A DNA stretch of 64,000 nt from Bispira polyomma (lineage: Eukaryota), in NCBI GenBank assembly GCA_965649765.1, contig OZ287755.1:54498001-54562000 (forward strand), in the 5' to 3' direction. This document shows positions 49,725-62,700 of the stretch, piece after piece. Made by a program: the position numbers and the translations under genes. The notes under the pieces are model-generated. The model was not told the origin of the DNA. It made no database searches and saw only the letters and a list, made by a program, of their open reading frames with translations. Each line of letters opens with the position of its first letter. Within the stretch, counting starts at the first letter, position 1.

Positions 49725-52613
49725 GGCATTTGTAGATGTGTTTGTTTATTATTAAACATAAAATAATAGATTAAAACCAATGGTTAGTCTATTTGTCTGT
49801 TGGTCTATTTGGTTTATTAATGGTTTTCCATACCTTAAACATATTCACTGGTTATATAATACTGCTTACGATAAGTTTGTTTGATACATCAGAGTTATTA
49901 TAATAGTTTTTGCCATAGCTATACTGTTTGCCATTGCTATACCATGCAAATGACAATTGTAGTATGGAACAAATAAATGACTATTTGAAGTCTATCCATG
50001 TCTCAGCAAATAACTTGTTAACACCATTATAAGCTATTTTTAAATATATCCACTTACTGTATAAACACGATTTATTATTACATTCACAGTTCAATAAAAC
50101 AACAACATCAATCCATTAGATTAGACGAAATTATAGTACCTAATACCTGTTTTGCACATTATAATGTTACAGTCATATAATGTAAGCAAAGCTTAAAACT
50201 AATTATGAGCAATGACTGCAACTGGGCAGGAAGTCATGATAATAATTGACTCTAATCTTATGCTATGTGGCAATTTATTTGAAAATCTAACAGTATATAC
50301 ATTACAGAGTCTTGGATAAACAGTTCACACCTTCAATGGAATGCATATCCATATACATTTCTGCCAATGAAGAGTAAAAGTAGTTTGAAGTGTAACAAAT
50401 ACATGCTTTGTCACTCCCCATTTCTTTGGGCGTCTCAAATTTCATAACCCTGAGAACATGTAATCTGATCAAACAAGACTAATATCATATACAAAATGGA
50501 CATACAAACCATTTAAAACTGTCCAGCTCTCCAATGTTTTCTTTACCAATCCAAAATGTATACATTTGTTTAGTTTCCAGCAGTAATGTGTATACCTTTA
50601 CAGGGTGACTTTCTACATTTGGTGTATGTTTCCTAGTGCACACATAGTCACCTGTGTATTTAGTTATTTTCCCACAATACTTCTGGGTTAACTTTCTTCT
50701 CAGGTGGTATATAAGAATGTACAAGTGTTAAAAACACTGTTATATTTAGCTTGAACTTTAATTAGGCTGCCAAGTATTACAACAAGAGGTACTTCTGATG
50801 TAAAACAGTTGTTGATTTCATGCCATTTAATTGTTGTTTTCATTTTCTTTTCTCCAGAAACACTTATTAGTTTCAGTTCTGGGAGTAAAAATACACCCTT
50901 TCCTTTGATCCTTCATAGGTTCTTACTAAGTGCCAAAATCCTTCATACATTTTATGTACATATATATGTAAAATGCTACACGAGTTAGACCCATTGCAAT
51001 AATATCAAAATGGTGACACAAGTTCACTTTTTTTCATGACACACATTATTAGCGATTTCCTTTCATTAAAAGTTACTGTAAAATTTAAGCTTAAATTATT
51101 CTATAAAGACATAGACCTCTGAGGTCATCACATTCAATATCTACGTCATCATTAAACCACTTCCAAATTGAATAAAATATAAGCACATTCTTCAGGTGAC
51201 GTATCAAACCTTCGCGCCAGAAGATTTAAGTAACCACAGTGATTTAACTGTATTAATGATTTCAACTGACACAATTGCATGTGTCCACTTACTACGCAGT
51301 AAACACAATTTCGAACCTAACTATATAATCCAACTCTTCCTGAAATAACCTATTGGAACCTTGTTACAATGTATCCACAAATTTTGTCAGGGCACAAAGT
51401 TAGTGAAGTTTTAACTTCACTGTCTTGGAGTGAAGGATTAAAAAGGTGCATAATGTAAATTCTAGGAGACACTTAATACCAGTTAAACTCCCAGGTTTGT
51501 TACATAAACAACTACTTAAAATTTTGTTTCTATTTTATGCTGAGACATGATTCCAATTTGCTTCCACTAGTACAGTTATTCAGTGTACACCAAATCGCCA
51601 ATACTGTTCTTAACACTACACTACGGAATATGCAAATAAGGCATATATAAAATAACACTAGATTTGCCCTTATTTTTGATCACTTTTAAGTTTTAACTAG
51701 GTCAATTCATCTTGCCAAGAGGAATATCACATCATATTGATCTAATTAAAGATTTTGTAACATACTGAAGTAATTACACACAATGTATTCCCTTTTTTGA
51801 ACCACAACTTGGTGTTGAGAAGAAATCTGGTGGATATTACAAGCGGCAGATGAAATATTCTGAGCATTTGCGCCATGAATTAATCGTAACCTTTTTGTGG
51901 GCAAATAAAAAATATTTCCTAGCCAACGAGTAATGTACAATTTAAAAATATTTTGTTGAGAAAACTTAAGGCCTTTATAGATAGCCGACTACATATTACG
52001 ACACGACACGACACGACTATTCACATCAAACATGACATATTACTACCACATAATCCATCCAAAATACTTTTTTTTATATTCAAAAACTTTATTCTTGATT
52101 ATGAAGATACAAAGGTAGTTACAATATACCAGTATATACATTATTAAATAACATGGAAATCCAAAATATAATACATCAACAAAATTGAGATTATTTTCCT
52201 TTGCAGCCATTGTTTGCAAAAACAATATATGCAATGACAAGACAAGATTTATCCAAGTTAAATTGTCGTGTTGTGTAGTGTAATGTTGAGAGCAATCTAT
52301 ATAATCTCTGTATATTTTGTTACAGTCAAACCCCTTCAAGTAGAACTCTGACAAATGGAATTACCTGTTAAGTAGAAGTTAGTTTAGGGTCCCATTGTAA
52401 AGATTTATAATTAACATTCACACTCTTATGTGGAATTTCTGTTTAAGTAGAACACATTTTTATGGTACCTTCAGATTTCACTTAACAGGGTTGCACCCTT
52501 TTTTTTATTGTGTTGTCAGCGGTCTATGATGGGCTTTATGAGAATATAAAATTTAACTACTCTGGTTGTCCGGGCTTAGAGTATCCCCTAAATGTACTGA
52601 CTATTTAACTTAC

Positions 52614-53330
52614 CTGAGTGGAGTAGGCCCCTGGATGTGCCGGCCCCTGGATGGCTAGCTGTGACTGTGATTGTCTAGTACCCCCTCTCACATTGCCCAT
52701 CACCAGAGCAACATAACTGTGACTGTACTGACTGCTATTACTACCACTAGAAACAGGCCTAGGGATCCTAGACATGAACTGGGAAGGCTGTACACTTGAC
52801 AAGGAGTTGAATTTACAGTGAGAACAACAACTGACGTTTCTCTGTTTCTGTGATGCTGTGTTTTCTATACCTTTTTTATATACCTGAAGACTCCTACCAC
52901 TTCTGGGTACTACGTCTCTGCAAGTATTGGCCTTATCTGTTTTATCAGGTTTAAGCCAATTGTGTACTCCTAGTGTAGCATAATTTGAATCGGAATGATC
53001 AGAGAATTCATCAGGAGACGATAACTCATAGTTATTACCATCCCTATTAACGTTATCGTCGCCATAGTAATAACCTTCCTGACTCTCATCATATGATCCA
53101 GACCCATCCTCACTCAAGCTGTATGACAACAATTCACAATCCTCCTCGTCCTCAACTTTAATGTCTCCCAACCCACGGTTACCATGGTAACCACCACGCT
53201 CGGTTTCCATGGTATTGTCTGTTGGTTTTGTACTAGGATTGGTACTACAACTGTGACCATCTTTCTCATCCACTCCTTTGAACCTCACCCTGTATGGTCT
53301 ACCTCTAGTACTGCTTATATCAGCTAACAT
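52614..53330 (-). CDS. Putative alternative first exon, 239 codons (Ser/Asp-rich, SRIPRP motif)
   Basis: ATG-initiated long ORF ending CAG|GTAAGT in phase 0. Confidence 0.75.
53178..53191. promoter_or_regulatory. Perfect palindromic RFX X-box-like motif GTTACCATGGTAAC
   Basis: 14-bp perfect palindrome inside the exon; a second near-match GTTTCCATGGTATT at 53203-53216. Confidence 0.45.
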
Positions 53331-56300
53331 GATGTGCTAGTTATTGGGACATTTATTCGTGAAATAATGTGAGAAACAAATATCACCATGTTACCTTGTA
53401 ATTATCTTTCACCTTGTAACTCCTCTTTAAATATAATCCCTTTCTTAAATAATTTTTTTTGCTTTGAATTCAGTTTATAGTTGGTTGAACAAGGTATAGT
53501 TTATACTCTAATAGTACATAATCAGCTTTAAAGTCACAGAACCCTATTGCAAACAGACGTCAGTATCTGGCAATACATCTGATATAACATTTTTAGCTTC
53601 TGAAGGATAAGGCATGTGGCAACAGCATTAGACAAACACATGTACCAGACATTACTTCATCACATATATAACTGTATCACTATACACACAACAGTGTTTT
53701 ATACTATTTCTAGTTCCACAATATTATTTAAATGGTCCAGTTTATACCTTTGAACACTAATCGTGCCCAAATAATATTATATTCCAATACTATATCAGTA
53801 AAACATCAAAATGTAGTTTGAGGAACTAAGGAGTGCCAAAAAAACACACGCACAATTTATATTACTCCTTGAATTATGATGCTCCATGAAACAACATCAG
53901 CATTTCATTTTTTCAACACATCCAAGTAAACCATCATATATACCATTTTATAATACATATATACAGCTATCCACAAAAATACAGAAAGAGGTTACCAGCA
54001 TTTGTATTCCACCGATCCACACAAAAAAGCAAGGAACTCTGGTCCTAAAATTTGTAAGCTACCACCTCACTTTTTCTGTGACATTTTCCACAGTCAGAGT
54101 TTCCTCATAAAATATGCATTGCAGCATTCGGGCGTATAATATATATATAAAACACATATATAGTTAAAATGTACCATTCCAGTATTAAGCATGTAGTTAA
54201 TACACACAGAAATTGACCTTTTTCCAAATTCCTTCTGTTTTTCTATGACACTCGGTCACATATGATCATATCCATTTTAAATGCATGTATATTTAGCTTA
54301 TTCTAGTACTGGACACATGCTTAATATTAATTATAGCAATACATCTGTTGTCCTTTGGACATATATAGTTATGTACTATATCCCTTTTCAGTCTGGTGTG
54401 AATCGTTAGGTAGTTCTCCAATTTCACCAAGCTGCACATTTAGATAAAATGCCATGAAGTTTTATCCATATAAAATCCATAGCTAAATCCCACGAAAAAG
54501 GGCTTAAAGTTTAAGTCTAAAAAATATTATCAGTATGTTAAAGTTAAATGTAGATAGATTTCTTTACAAGAAAAGTAGATATCTTTACTGAATACTAGGT
54601 ATAAGCTGTTTTAGACTACAGTTGCATATTGTAAAAGTAAACAATGTACCAACATTGCCAAAAAAGAGTTCCTTTAATATATTTAAAATGTTCAACTCTA
54701 AAACATTTTAAGTCACAATAGAAGGTTGAACTATGTGCATCTTTCAAAAAATGGTCAAACTTGGCCGATATTTTTTATGAGCAAATAAAATTGTAAAATT
54801 ATTGTTCACTAAACTGTTTAAATGAGTGAATGAATTTAACAACTCACAAATGATCACTTTGGCATTCATCACACTTTAAGTCCTGTTATTACATTGATAT
54901 TTGTTTACTATTATAAGAGAAATGTACTATGCTGTATACGGTACATGTGTATCATAATACTGCAACAGTACTGGACCTACTGGTTGAATACAGTGTGTTT
55001 GGCAAGGGTTCTATTGTGCATAAAAATGCACACAAACCAGTCAGAATACAATGTACTATTACATCTGTGAAGTAATAAAGGATCAATATTGCTTATAGGT
55101 CAAGGTATTATTTAGCCACACAATAAACACAATGTGTTTGTTACAAGTATGTATTGTATATTATTTAATTTATTATTTATCAGAGTTATCAATGAAAAAA
55201 CCCACAAAAAAATGATGACTAATTGTTTTTCAAAAACTAACAGTTGTATTTTTTAATCAATCAATTTCCAAGTAAAGTGTATTAACCCCAACATGTTCGA
55301 AGAGCAAAATTTTGTTCAAATTATAGAAGATTCATAAAATAGATAAGGCATCCTGAGATGGTGTTAAGCCTTTAAGCAATATGAAAATGTGACTTTAAAA
55401 CCCCAATACTGTGAAGACAGTTTTAAATATACAAACTATTGGCACCAGTGTATGAAGGCCTCAGATCTTTATAAACTAAGTATGAGTTTTGAGTTTTAGT
55501 GTATTTTAAAAAATATGGCCCCTGGACTGGTATTCTGGAAATACACTCATCCTTAAACTCATACTCAACTCCAAAAAAGGCTTTGTGGAAATCCTCGTAC
55601 ATTGAATATCCTATACCTGTTATCAATCATTTTAATAGAGTTTTCAACACTGAATTCAAATATGCAGTCAGATTTTCAATAGGTTTACTTTGTATCCAGA
55701 CTTATAAAGACTCCAGAATTAAGTTGAGTATGAGTTTTAGTTGAGTATACGTTTGACAATTACAGCCTCTGGATTATATATGGCACATACTAAAAATTCC
55801 ATAATACATGTTACCACAGATCTGAGTCTGTTGACTTGTCCAGGTCTTTGATGAAGAAGAATATTTTGAAGAAATTTAACAAAAAGCTTTCTTGTTTATA
55901 TATGTCAGCACCAGTATCTCAACTGAAGATATTGTTTTCTTTCTGAAAAACATATCTAATAGGTGTTCAGGAAGATGGAAAAAATATTTTACTATTTTCA
56001 TATCATTATGTAAAAACTTGAAATAATCCCATGTTTCAAGTGCTTTTGTAAAAATACTAGCACAAAAGGCTTTCTATAAACTATGTAAACTCTCCACAAA
56101 AAGTCTTGCAAGTTATAAAAGTACAATTATCTTATAAAACAAATGATTTTTTTTTCCAGTTTCACATATAAGTGTACAGCGGATGGCATTTCTTACTCCC
56201 AGAACCTACATCTGTCGGCAAACAGTCAACACCTCAAAAATGTAATTATATTTTTCTTCAGTTCCAAGCAATAGGAAATTGTTAGTACGGCAGACTTCTC

Positions 56301-56560
56301 AATTTAATAAATTATATGTGAGGTCACTATTGCATGCCGGAAATAGTCTGTTGTATTGGTTTTAGTGACTCCAACTAATAAAATAATGGCAGCTATCTGT
56401 TACCAAAAACTTTCTTTCAGTTACCAGCGATAGTTTACTCCTGGGGTCAAAAGGGTTAATTACTAAATTTAGAAAACTGACAAAAAGCTCTCTTTCAACA
56501 GAGAACTTGAACATTAATCATTAATAACAATAATTGAGGCATTTATAGAGCGCCAAACTG

Positions 56561-57166
56561 GGATCCGGGAAAATTGCCCTCCTAGAAAACTGCCCTCCTA
56601 AAAAAACTGCCCTCCTTCAATTTTTTTTTTGGGGGGGTGGAAAAAAGCCCTCCCATTGCATCATGATGTGTTTGAAGTGTGCTATGAATTAATTCTTCTT
56701 CTTACTCAGGCTTTAATAATCAAAGGCACAGTCCTTTCATGTTATTGCAGTTAAAAGTATATGTGTTTGAAGTGTGCTGTGGATACATTCTTCTTCTTAC
56801 CAAGGGTTTAATAATCAACAGTTGACCTGGTTTTGTCAATCAGTGTATATAAAAGTGAGCAGCTATGGTAAGTTATTATTATCTTTTATCAGAGTAAAGT
56901 ATTTAAGAGTACATTCACTTTACAAATTAATTATGGAAAAAATAACAAATACCAGAGGAGGATTGAAAATTTGTTTTGAGGGTTTTATTTACACCAAAAA
57001 GTCTGTAAAAAAAAATATTTTCCCAAATATATAAACTGAGGCAAGGAGGGCTTTTTTTCACCCCCACAAAATTGGGGGGAGGAGGGCAATTTTCTAGGAG
57101 TGCATTTTTCTATAAGGGTAGTTTTCTAGGAGGGCATTTTACTGGGAGGGCAATTTTCCGTACACC
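56561..57166. mobile_element. Mutator-like (MULE) non-autonomous element
   Basis: Long G-initiated TIRs built of gaaaa(t/c)tgccctcc units; 9-bp TSD gccaaactg at 56552-56560 and 57167-57175. Confidence 0.8.
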
Positions 57167-57507
57167 GCCAAACTGACAAGAATCATCCCCTATCTTAGGC
57201 GCTGAGTTGTTTAGCAAAAAATTATGTTTTGTATTCAACTTGATCCTTTTCATCAATTAGAATTCATAAACTATTTCATATTTACTACATATGAAAGTTT
57301 TAAACTGAAATCAAACATTTATTGTGTTTCATTTTGAAATCCAAGAAAATAGCAAAAAATCTACATATCACGAGTATTGAGAAACAAACAGGGCTAGGGA
57401 AAGACTACTGGATTAACACAATAACCATAACTACAATGCCACAAACTGTGAGCTAATCCTACTGACTGCTCCAAGAAATCTGCTTTGCCAAGTATAAAAC
57501 TAGTGAT

Positions 57508-58938
57508 CGCATTTGGCATCGGGGATTGTTATTCAAACTGAAGAAATGGGGTATCAATGGTACATTACTCCAGTGGTTTGAAGATTACCTAAAAGATAGG
57601 GTTCAACGAGTTGTTATCAATGGTCAATTTTCAGACTGGAGCAAAATATTTGCTGGGGTACCACAGGGGTCAGTACTGGGGCCTCTTTTGTTTTTGGTTT
57701 TTATTAATGATATTACAGAAGTTGTAAAAAATTGTAGCTTAAGACTTTTTGCAGATGATACTTGCCTTTCTATTGAAGTTAACAATCGAATAGATTCAGC
57801 AATTAAATTAAATGAGGACATAAGAAATATTGAAAAATGGTCTCAGAATTGGCTTGTTACTTTCAATCCTTCAAAAACCGAATCAATGATTATTGGCCTC
57901 AAACATCACAAAAGTGAAAATCCAAGGTTATACTTACACAACACACCAATTGTTAATGTGGCTGAACATAAACATGTAGGGCTTTGGCTTGAGGATAACT
58001 TGGGCTGGCATATGCATATAGATGAAATCAGTACTAAAGATGGAAAGCGATTGAACATGCTAAAGCAGTTAAAATATCAAGTTAGCAGAATTACACTGGA
58101 AAAAATGTACTTTGCTTTTATTAGACCCATTTTGGAATATGGTGATGTTGTTTGGGCTGGGGCTAGCCACTCTGATTTACGCAAACTAGATAGTATTCAG
58201 GTTAATGCTATGAGGCTTGTGTCTGGTGCTCCTTTTAGATCAAACATTCGCTAACTCTTTGAGGAACTAGGCTGGCAAAATTTATGCAGTAGGCGTGAAC
58301 AGCATGTGTTGATAATGATGTATAAAATTACACATGATTTAGCTCCGAGTTATCTAAAAAACTTACTTCCTCCTACAATTGGAAGTACCATCACATATCA
58401 ACTTCCAAACCGACATGATTTTCAGGTTCGAAAATGTAGAATAAATATGCATCAAAGTTCTTTCATTCCAGCTGGGATAAAACTCTGGAATGAACTTGAC
58501 AACTCACTCAAATATATAACAACTCTCTCTACATTCAAATACATATTACGCAAACGACAATTTAAGTGTAATGAAAAACTAGTTAAATTCCGTAAAAAAT
58601 TGTTTGTTGAAGGTGAACGGTACTGGAATGCAATTCATGCTAGAATGCGCATGAACTGTAGCCCTGTTAAGGAACACCTCACAAAATATTTACATGTCTT
58701 GAGCAATTGCACTTGTGACTGTGGCCTATCTGATGAAAATAATACACATTTCCTTTTAGATTGTATAAACTATGCCATACCGAGACAGTTAATGTTAGCT
58801 AAATTATATGATATTCCTGCTGTTACAACTGAAACTCTATTATTTGGTAGCCTTGACTTGACATTTGAACAAAACCAGACAATATTTCGAACAGTTCAAG
58901 AATTTTTAAGGGAAACAAACCGGTTTCATAGTTTTTGA
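57508..58938 (+). pseudogene. LINE ORF2 reverse transcriptase remnant with one in-frame stop
   Basis: ORFs 57526-58254 and 58306-58938 are in the same frame, separated by TAA at 58252-58254. The endonuclease and RT N-terminus are absent. Confidence 0.9.
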
Positions 58939-59097
58939 TCGCTACAGTGCCCACACACCTTCTCATCTTTTCATTCATCATTCCATGTTATTTTTCTATT
59001 TTGTTTCTTTTGTAAAAAATATCTTCCTGTGAGAAGGCTTTATAATAATCTTTTTGATTTTGCCTGATTGTTTTGTTCCAATAAAATATTGTTTATG
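57508..59097 (+). mobile_element. 5'-truncated LINE retrotransposon (CR1/L2-like)
   Basis: RT motifs GVPQGSVLGPLLF and LFADD, C-terminal C-x-C...H...C, AATAAA near 59080, and a 12-bp TSD aaaactagtgat at 57496-57507 and 59098-59109. Confidence 0.92.
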
Positions 59098-59195
59098 AAA
59101 ACTAGTGATTTATGTAGTGTTCAAAGTCATAATGTGCTTAGTCATAACAGCAGTATCCTAAAGGTGTACATAATCAACCCAATGTTTAGTATTAC

Positions 59196-59228
59196 CTGCC
59201 TAGGTCTATAACTGTTTAACATGCTCAT
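59196..59228 (-). CDS. Candidate short alternative first coding exon (MSMLNSYRPRQ)
   Basis: ATG to CAG|GTAATA in phase 0; too short to exclude chance. Confidence 0.25.
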
Positions 59229-59456
59229 GAATATTAATGTAGATACAAGTCACATGACTGAGAACAAAAGAAAGTGCAGTCTCCGAAAGTGTGTCAACCA
59301 AGCTGGAAGAACAAAAGCAGAATAGTTTCCAAACCAGTGTTTTTATATTGAATTGATTAGGCTAAGGACTCCACAATTTAAGAGTTAACTTGAGCTAATT
59401 TATACCTACTAGATATACTTGTATACCTCTTTTTTTACTTATGGTAATCAGATTAA

Positions 59457-59754
59457 CCCTTATAACTCCTACATCCTTTTTGTAGCAGTCCACAGTATTT
59501 GCTATTCACAGGAATTGATGCCCGCAAATATTCCACAACCCAAATAATTTTTTTCTTTTCCTTCAAGTCAGAAGCATTTCCAACATAAAATAGGATTACA
59601 GAAATCTTTGTTTAAAGAACATATATGAGGCTGTTATGAAATACCAGGCAAGTTGTCAGTAATGTGTGTTTAACTGACACTAGCTATTTACAACCTATTA
59701 CCCTTGGCATTTCCATCAGTATACAGAAACACAATATTCCTAGTCAAAAAAGGG
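59457..59754. mobile_element. piggyBac-like MITE
   Basis: TTAA|ccctt...aaggg|TTAA. Confidence 0.55.
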
Positions 59755-62700
59755 TTAAACTGAAGTAATCACAAGCAAAATGTATGTTACATCCACAACA
59801 TAACTGTTATTTTTTTTTTAAAACAGTTGTATCTCTGCAAACTATAAATAATAAAACGATTTTAGTTTTATTGTATTTTATTAATCGAAGGAACTCGACA
59901 TTGGATCAAATACTTGTGTGAAAATATCCCAAAACACATGTACATGTGGGACAATATATCTCAAACGCTTAGATCCTATGTCTATAAATCCACCAAGAAA
60001 CCATCAAAACCAATACACAAAGTATTTTTAGTAAAATTTCACAATATCATTTGACGATCCCATTTAATAAACCAATGACACATTTTCACAATTCATCTTT
60101 TTTATTTTTTCCACGAATGACTGGAATTATCTCAGATTAGTAGATTAGGTATAATTAGAAAACTAATATTTCAATAAAAATGACATGTCCCCCCAAAAAA
60201 CAACACCTTGGTTCAGTAGATTAAAGTTGACACAGTCAGTTGTTTATAATGGCTAATAACGGCTTTTTGTCTTATTTGGCAAACATTAAGACACCTGCAT
60301 ACATACATAAACACACAAACGTATAGACAGTGACTAAATAAAAGATAGAAGAATGTATCTGTTAAATACACATACACACAAATAGCCTGGACATCTGACG
60401 ATTATGTCATAAATTAATATGTATATTGTGTGCGCTCATGGGCACCAATATTGATGTAGACATGAACATATCAATGTTGTAAGTTAAATAAAGTTTCCTA
60501 GTTTGTCCCGATATCGACTGACATTAAAACAATTTTGACTATGATTTTAATTTTTTTACACCCCACACTCAGGATTTTAGGACAAAAGGAGCCAGAACAA
60601 AGTGTAAACTACAACCAATAGTGTCACAAAAATGGGAGTTCAAAAGCTAACCTTGATAATAACGATTGACAGTTTGTGAAAATTTACTGCCCATATTCTA
60701 ATTTTGATACACTTTCATATTTGAAATATGGCAATACACTGTTTCTTTTCTCTGCAACTCGATCATGTATATTTTACTCCCTTATATAAAAGGCCGTATT
60801 TTAGTATGCGCCCAAAAGCACATTGGCGTCAAGCAAAAATATAAAAAATTATATATTTATTATTAGGTAAAATTGTAACTTTATATTTTGTCTTTTACCA
60901 GGTATGTATCGGCACTTTAGTTGGTTGGAATTGGTTTTCCAATGCATCAATCCGTGTGGCAGATAATCTATGCAAATAACATACACCAACTCGCAGCATT
61001 AGACAGTAGAGTCTTAAACAAGGCCAGTTCATCAGGTATAAGTTAATAACATAGAAGTTGTATAATACCAGTGTGTATCTGAACTTAATAACTAAAGCTA
61101 GCTAAACTTTATTAGTTTATTTCATATATAATCTTATCTAAACCACGCACAGAAACTGACTGTATAAATAGATATACAAGATTCTCTCTTGTTGCACTTA
61201 AAGTGGCCATCTGCCCACACTAATGTCTGCAGATTACATATTTACATGAAAGACCAAATGCAAATCAGGAACTTCAGAATGGCAAATTAAAGGGTGCTAA
61301 ACTTACCAAGGCTTTGTAAATAAATTGCATATTTGCATGTTGGTAACTGAAATTTATACTTAGCACAATAACTCCCTGGGATTCAAAGCACTGGTTAATC
61401 TTTTCTTGACTGGAAAATTACAGCCACCCAGTTGAATAGAGTGAACACAGGGATTTGACAATGACCATTGCTTCACATCCCTGAGGGTAATGAACAAGTA
61501 CCGTTTTAGGTTTTTCCATACTAGGGCTGCGTCGGTACTGCCGGTATCATCGGTATGAAACCATTTTATGTGTCGACCGAGTACAAAAGTCAATCACAGA
61601 AGATTCATCCAAAATTAACATTACATTTCTAAATCTGAATTAATCTTACTGATGATCTCAGCAAGGCTAATGATACTGAATAATAAAACTTCACAGACAA
61701 GGTTAAAATATACAATGTCATGTATGATGTATATACCGGTACAGTTTGTATACAGAAAGTGGGGGACAGGTAAGTTTTTAGTGCTCTATAATAACTTGCA
61801 AAATTTGATATTGCTTTCCGGAAGGTGAAAAACGAACGAAATCCAGTATATTTCGTCTCATATCTCAGTTTTCTAGTGAAGCGTATTTATAAGAGGTATA
61901 AGATTCAACTGAAATGCCTTCTCGAAAACTCTTAAAACTCATACACACAATAAGTGTGCATACTCCCAATATTTGTCCACAACGATACAAATTGTGGCAT
62001 ACCGTGAACAACACTAGTAGCTCTGGATATGTAGATTCAAATATTTATAATTCACCAGGAAAGTGTGTTTGCATGGATAACACCATATAAAATAAAAATA
62101 TACTGGAAGGGCACTCAGTAGAGTGCAAAAGGAATAATTACTCAGGACTTAATCCTTTGTAATTTGAGGCGAATACACAAAGGACCAGCTTATGACAATA
62201 TCATTAAACCTCCGTGTAAACATATTGGTACATTAACATTGGGATATTGCTCAAACTATGAGGCACACTGGTTATTTCAAGAGACTTGTTATTGGCTACA
62301 ACAGATACTAACCATAAGACTTTATATAGACAACTGTTTTGTCATAAATTTATAGTACATACTGTGCCGGTGAATACAGTGGATTTGGTATTACGAGAAC
62401 TGCCCTAACTCGAATATTGCCATAACTAGAAGTGATTTTCAAGTCCCAACAATTTATAGTGTAAAATGTAAGGGTAACTAGAAGTTTGATGCACCAATGA
62501 ACACTTTCTAATAGTTAAAGATTAGAAGTAACATGGTATAAGTAATAATAAAGTTTCCTTTCCATTTTCATTTGGTTTGAGCTGTTTAAAGAATATTGGT
62601 ATTTAATTGATAACTCAAAGTAGAAGTAAAAGGTGAACATTTTTCCACTTTGACTTTGACCAAATTTACTATATTAAGTAGACAATTCCAATTGAAGTTC

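Noticed and set aside
61307-61330. Mini first exon MQFIYKAL|GTAAGT in phase 0
   Set aside because: Only 8 codons; such matches are expected by chance in AT-rich DNA.
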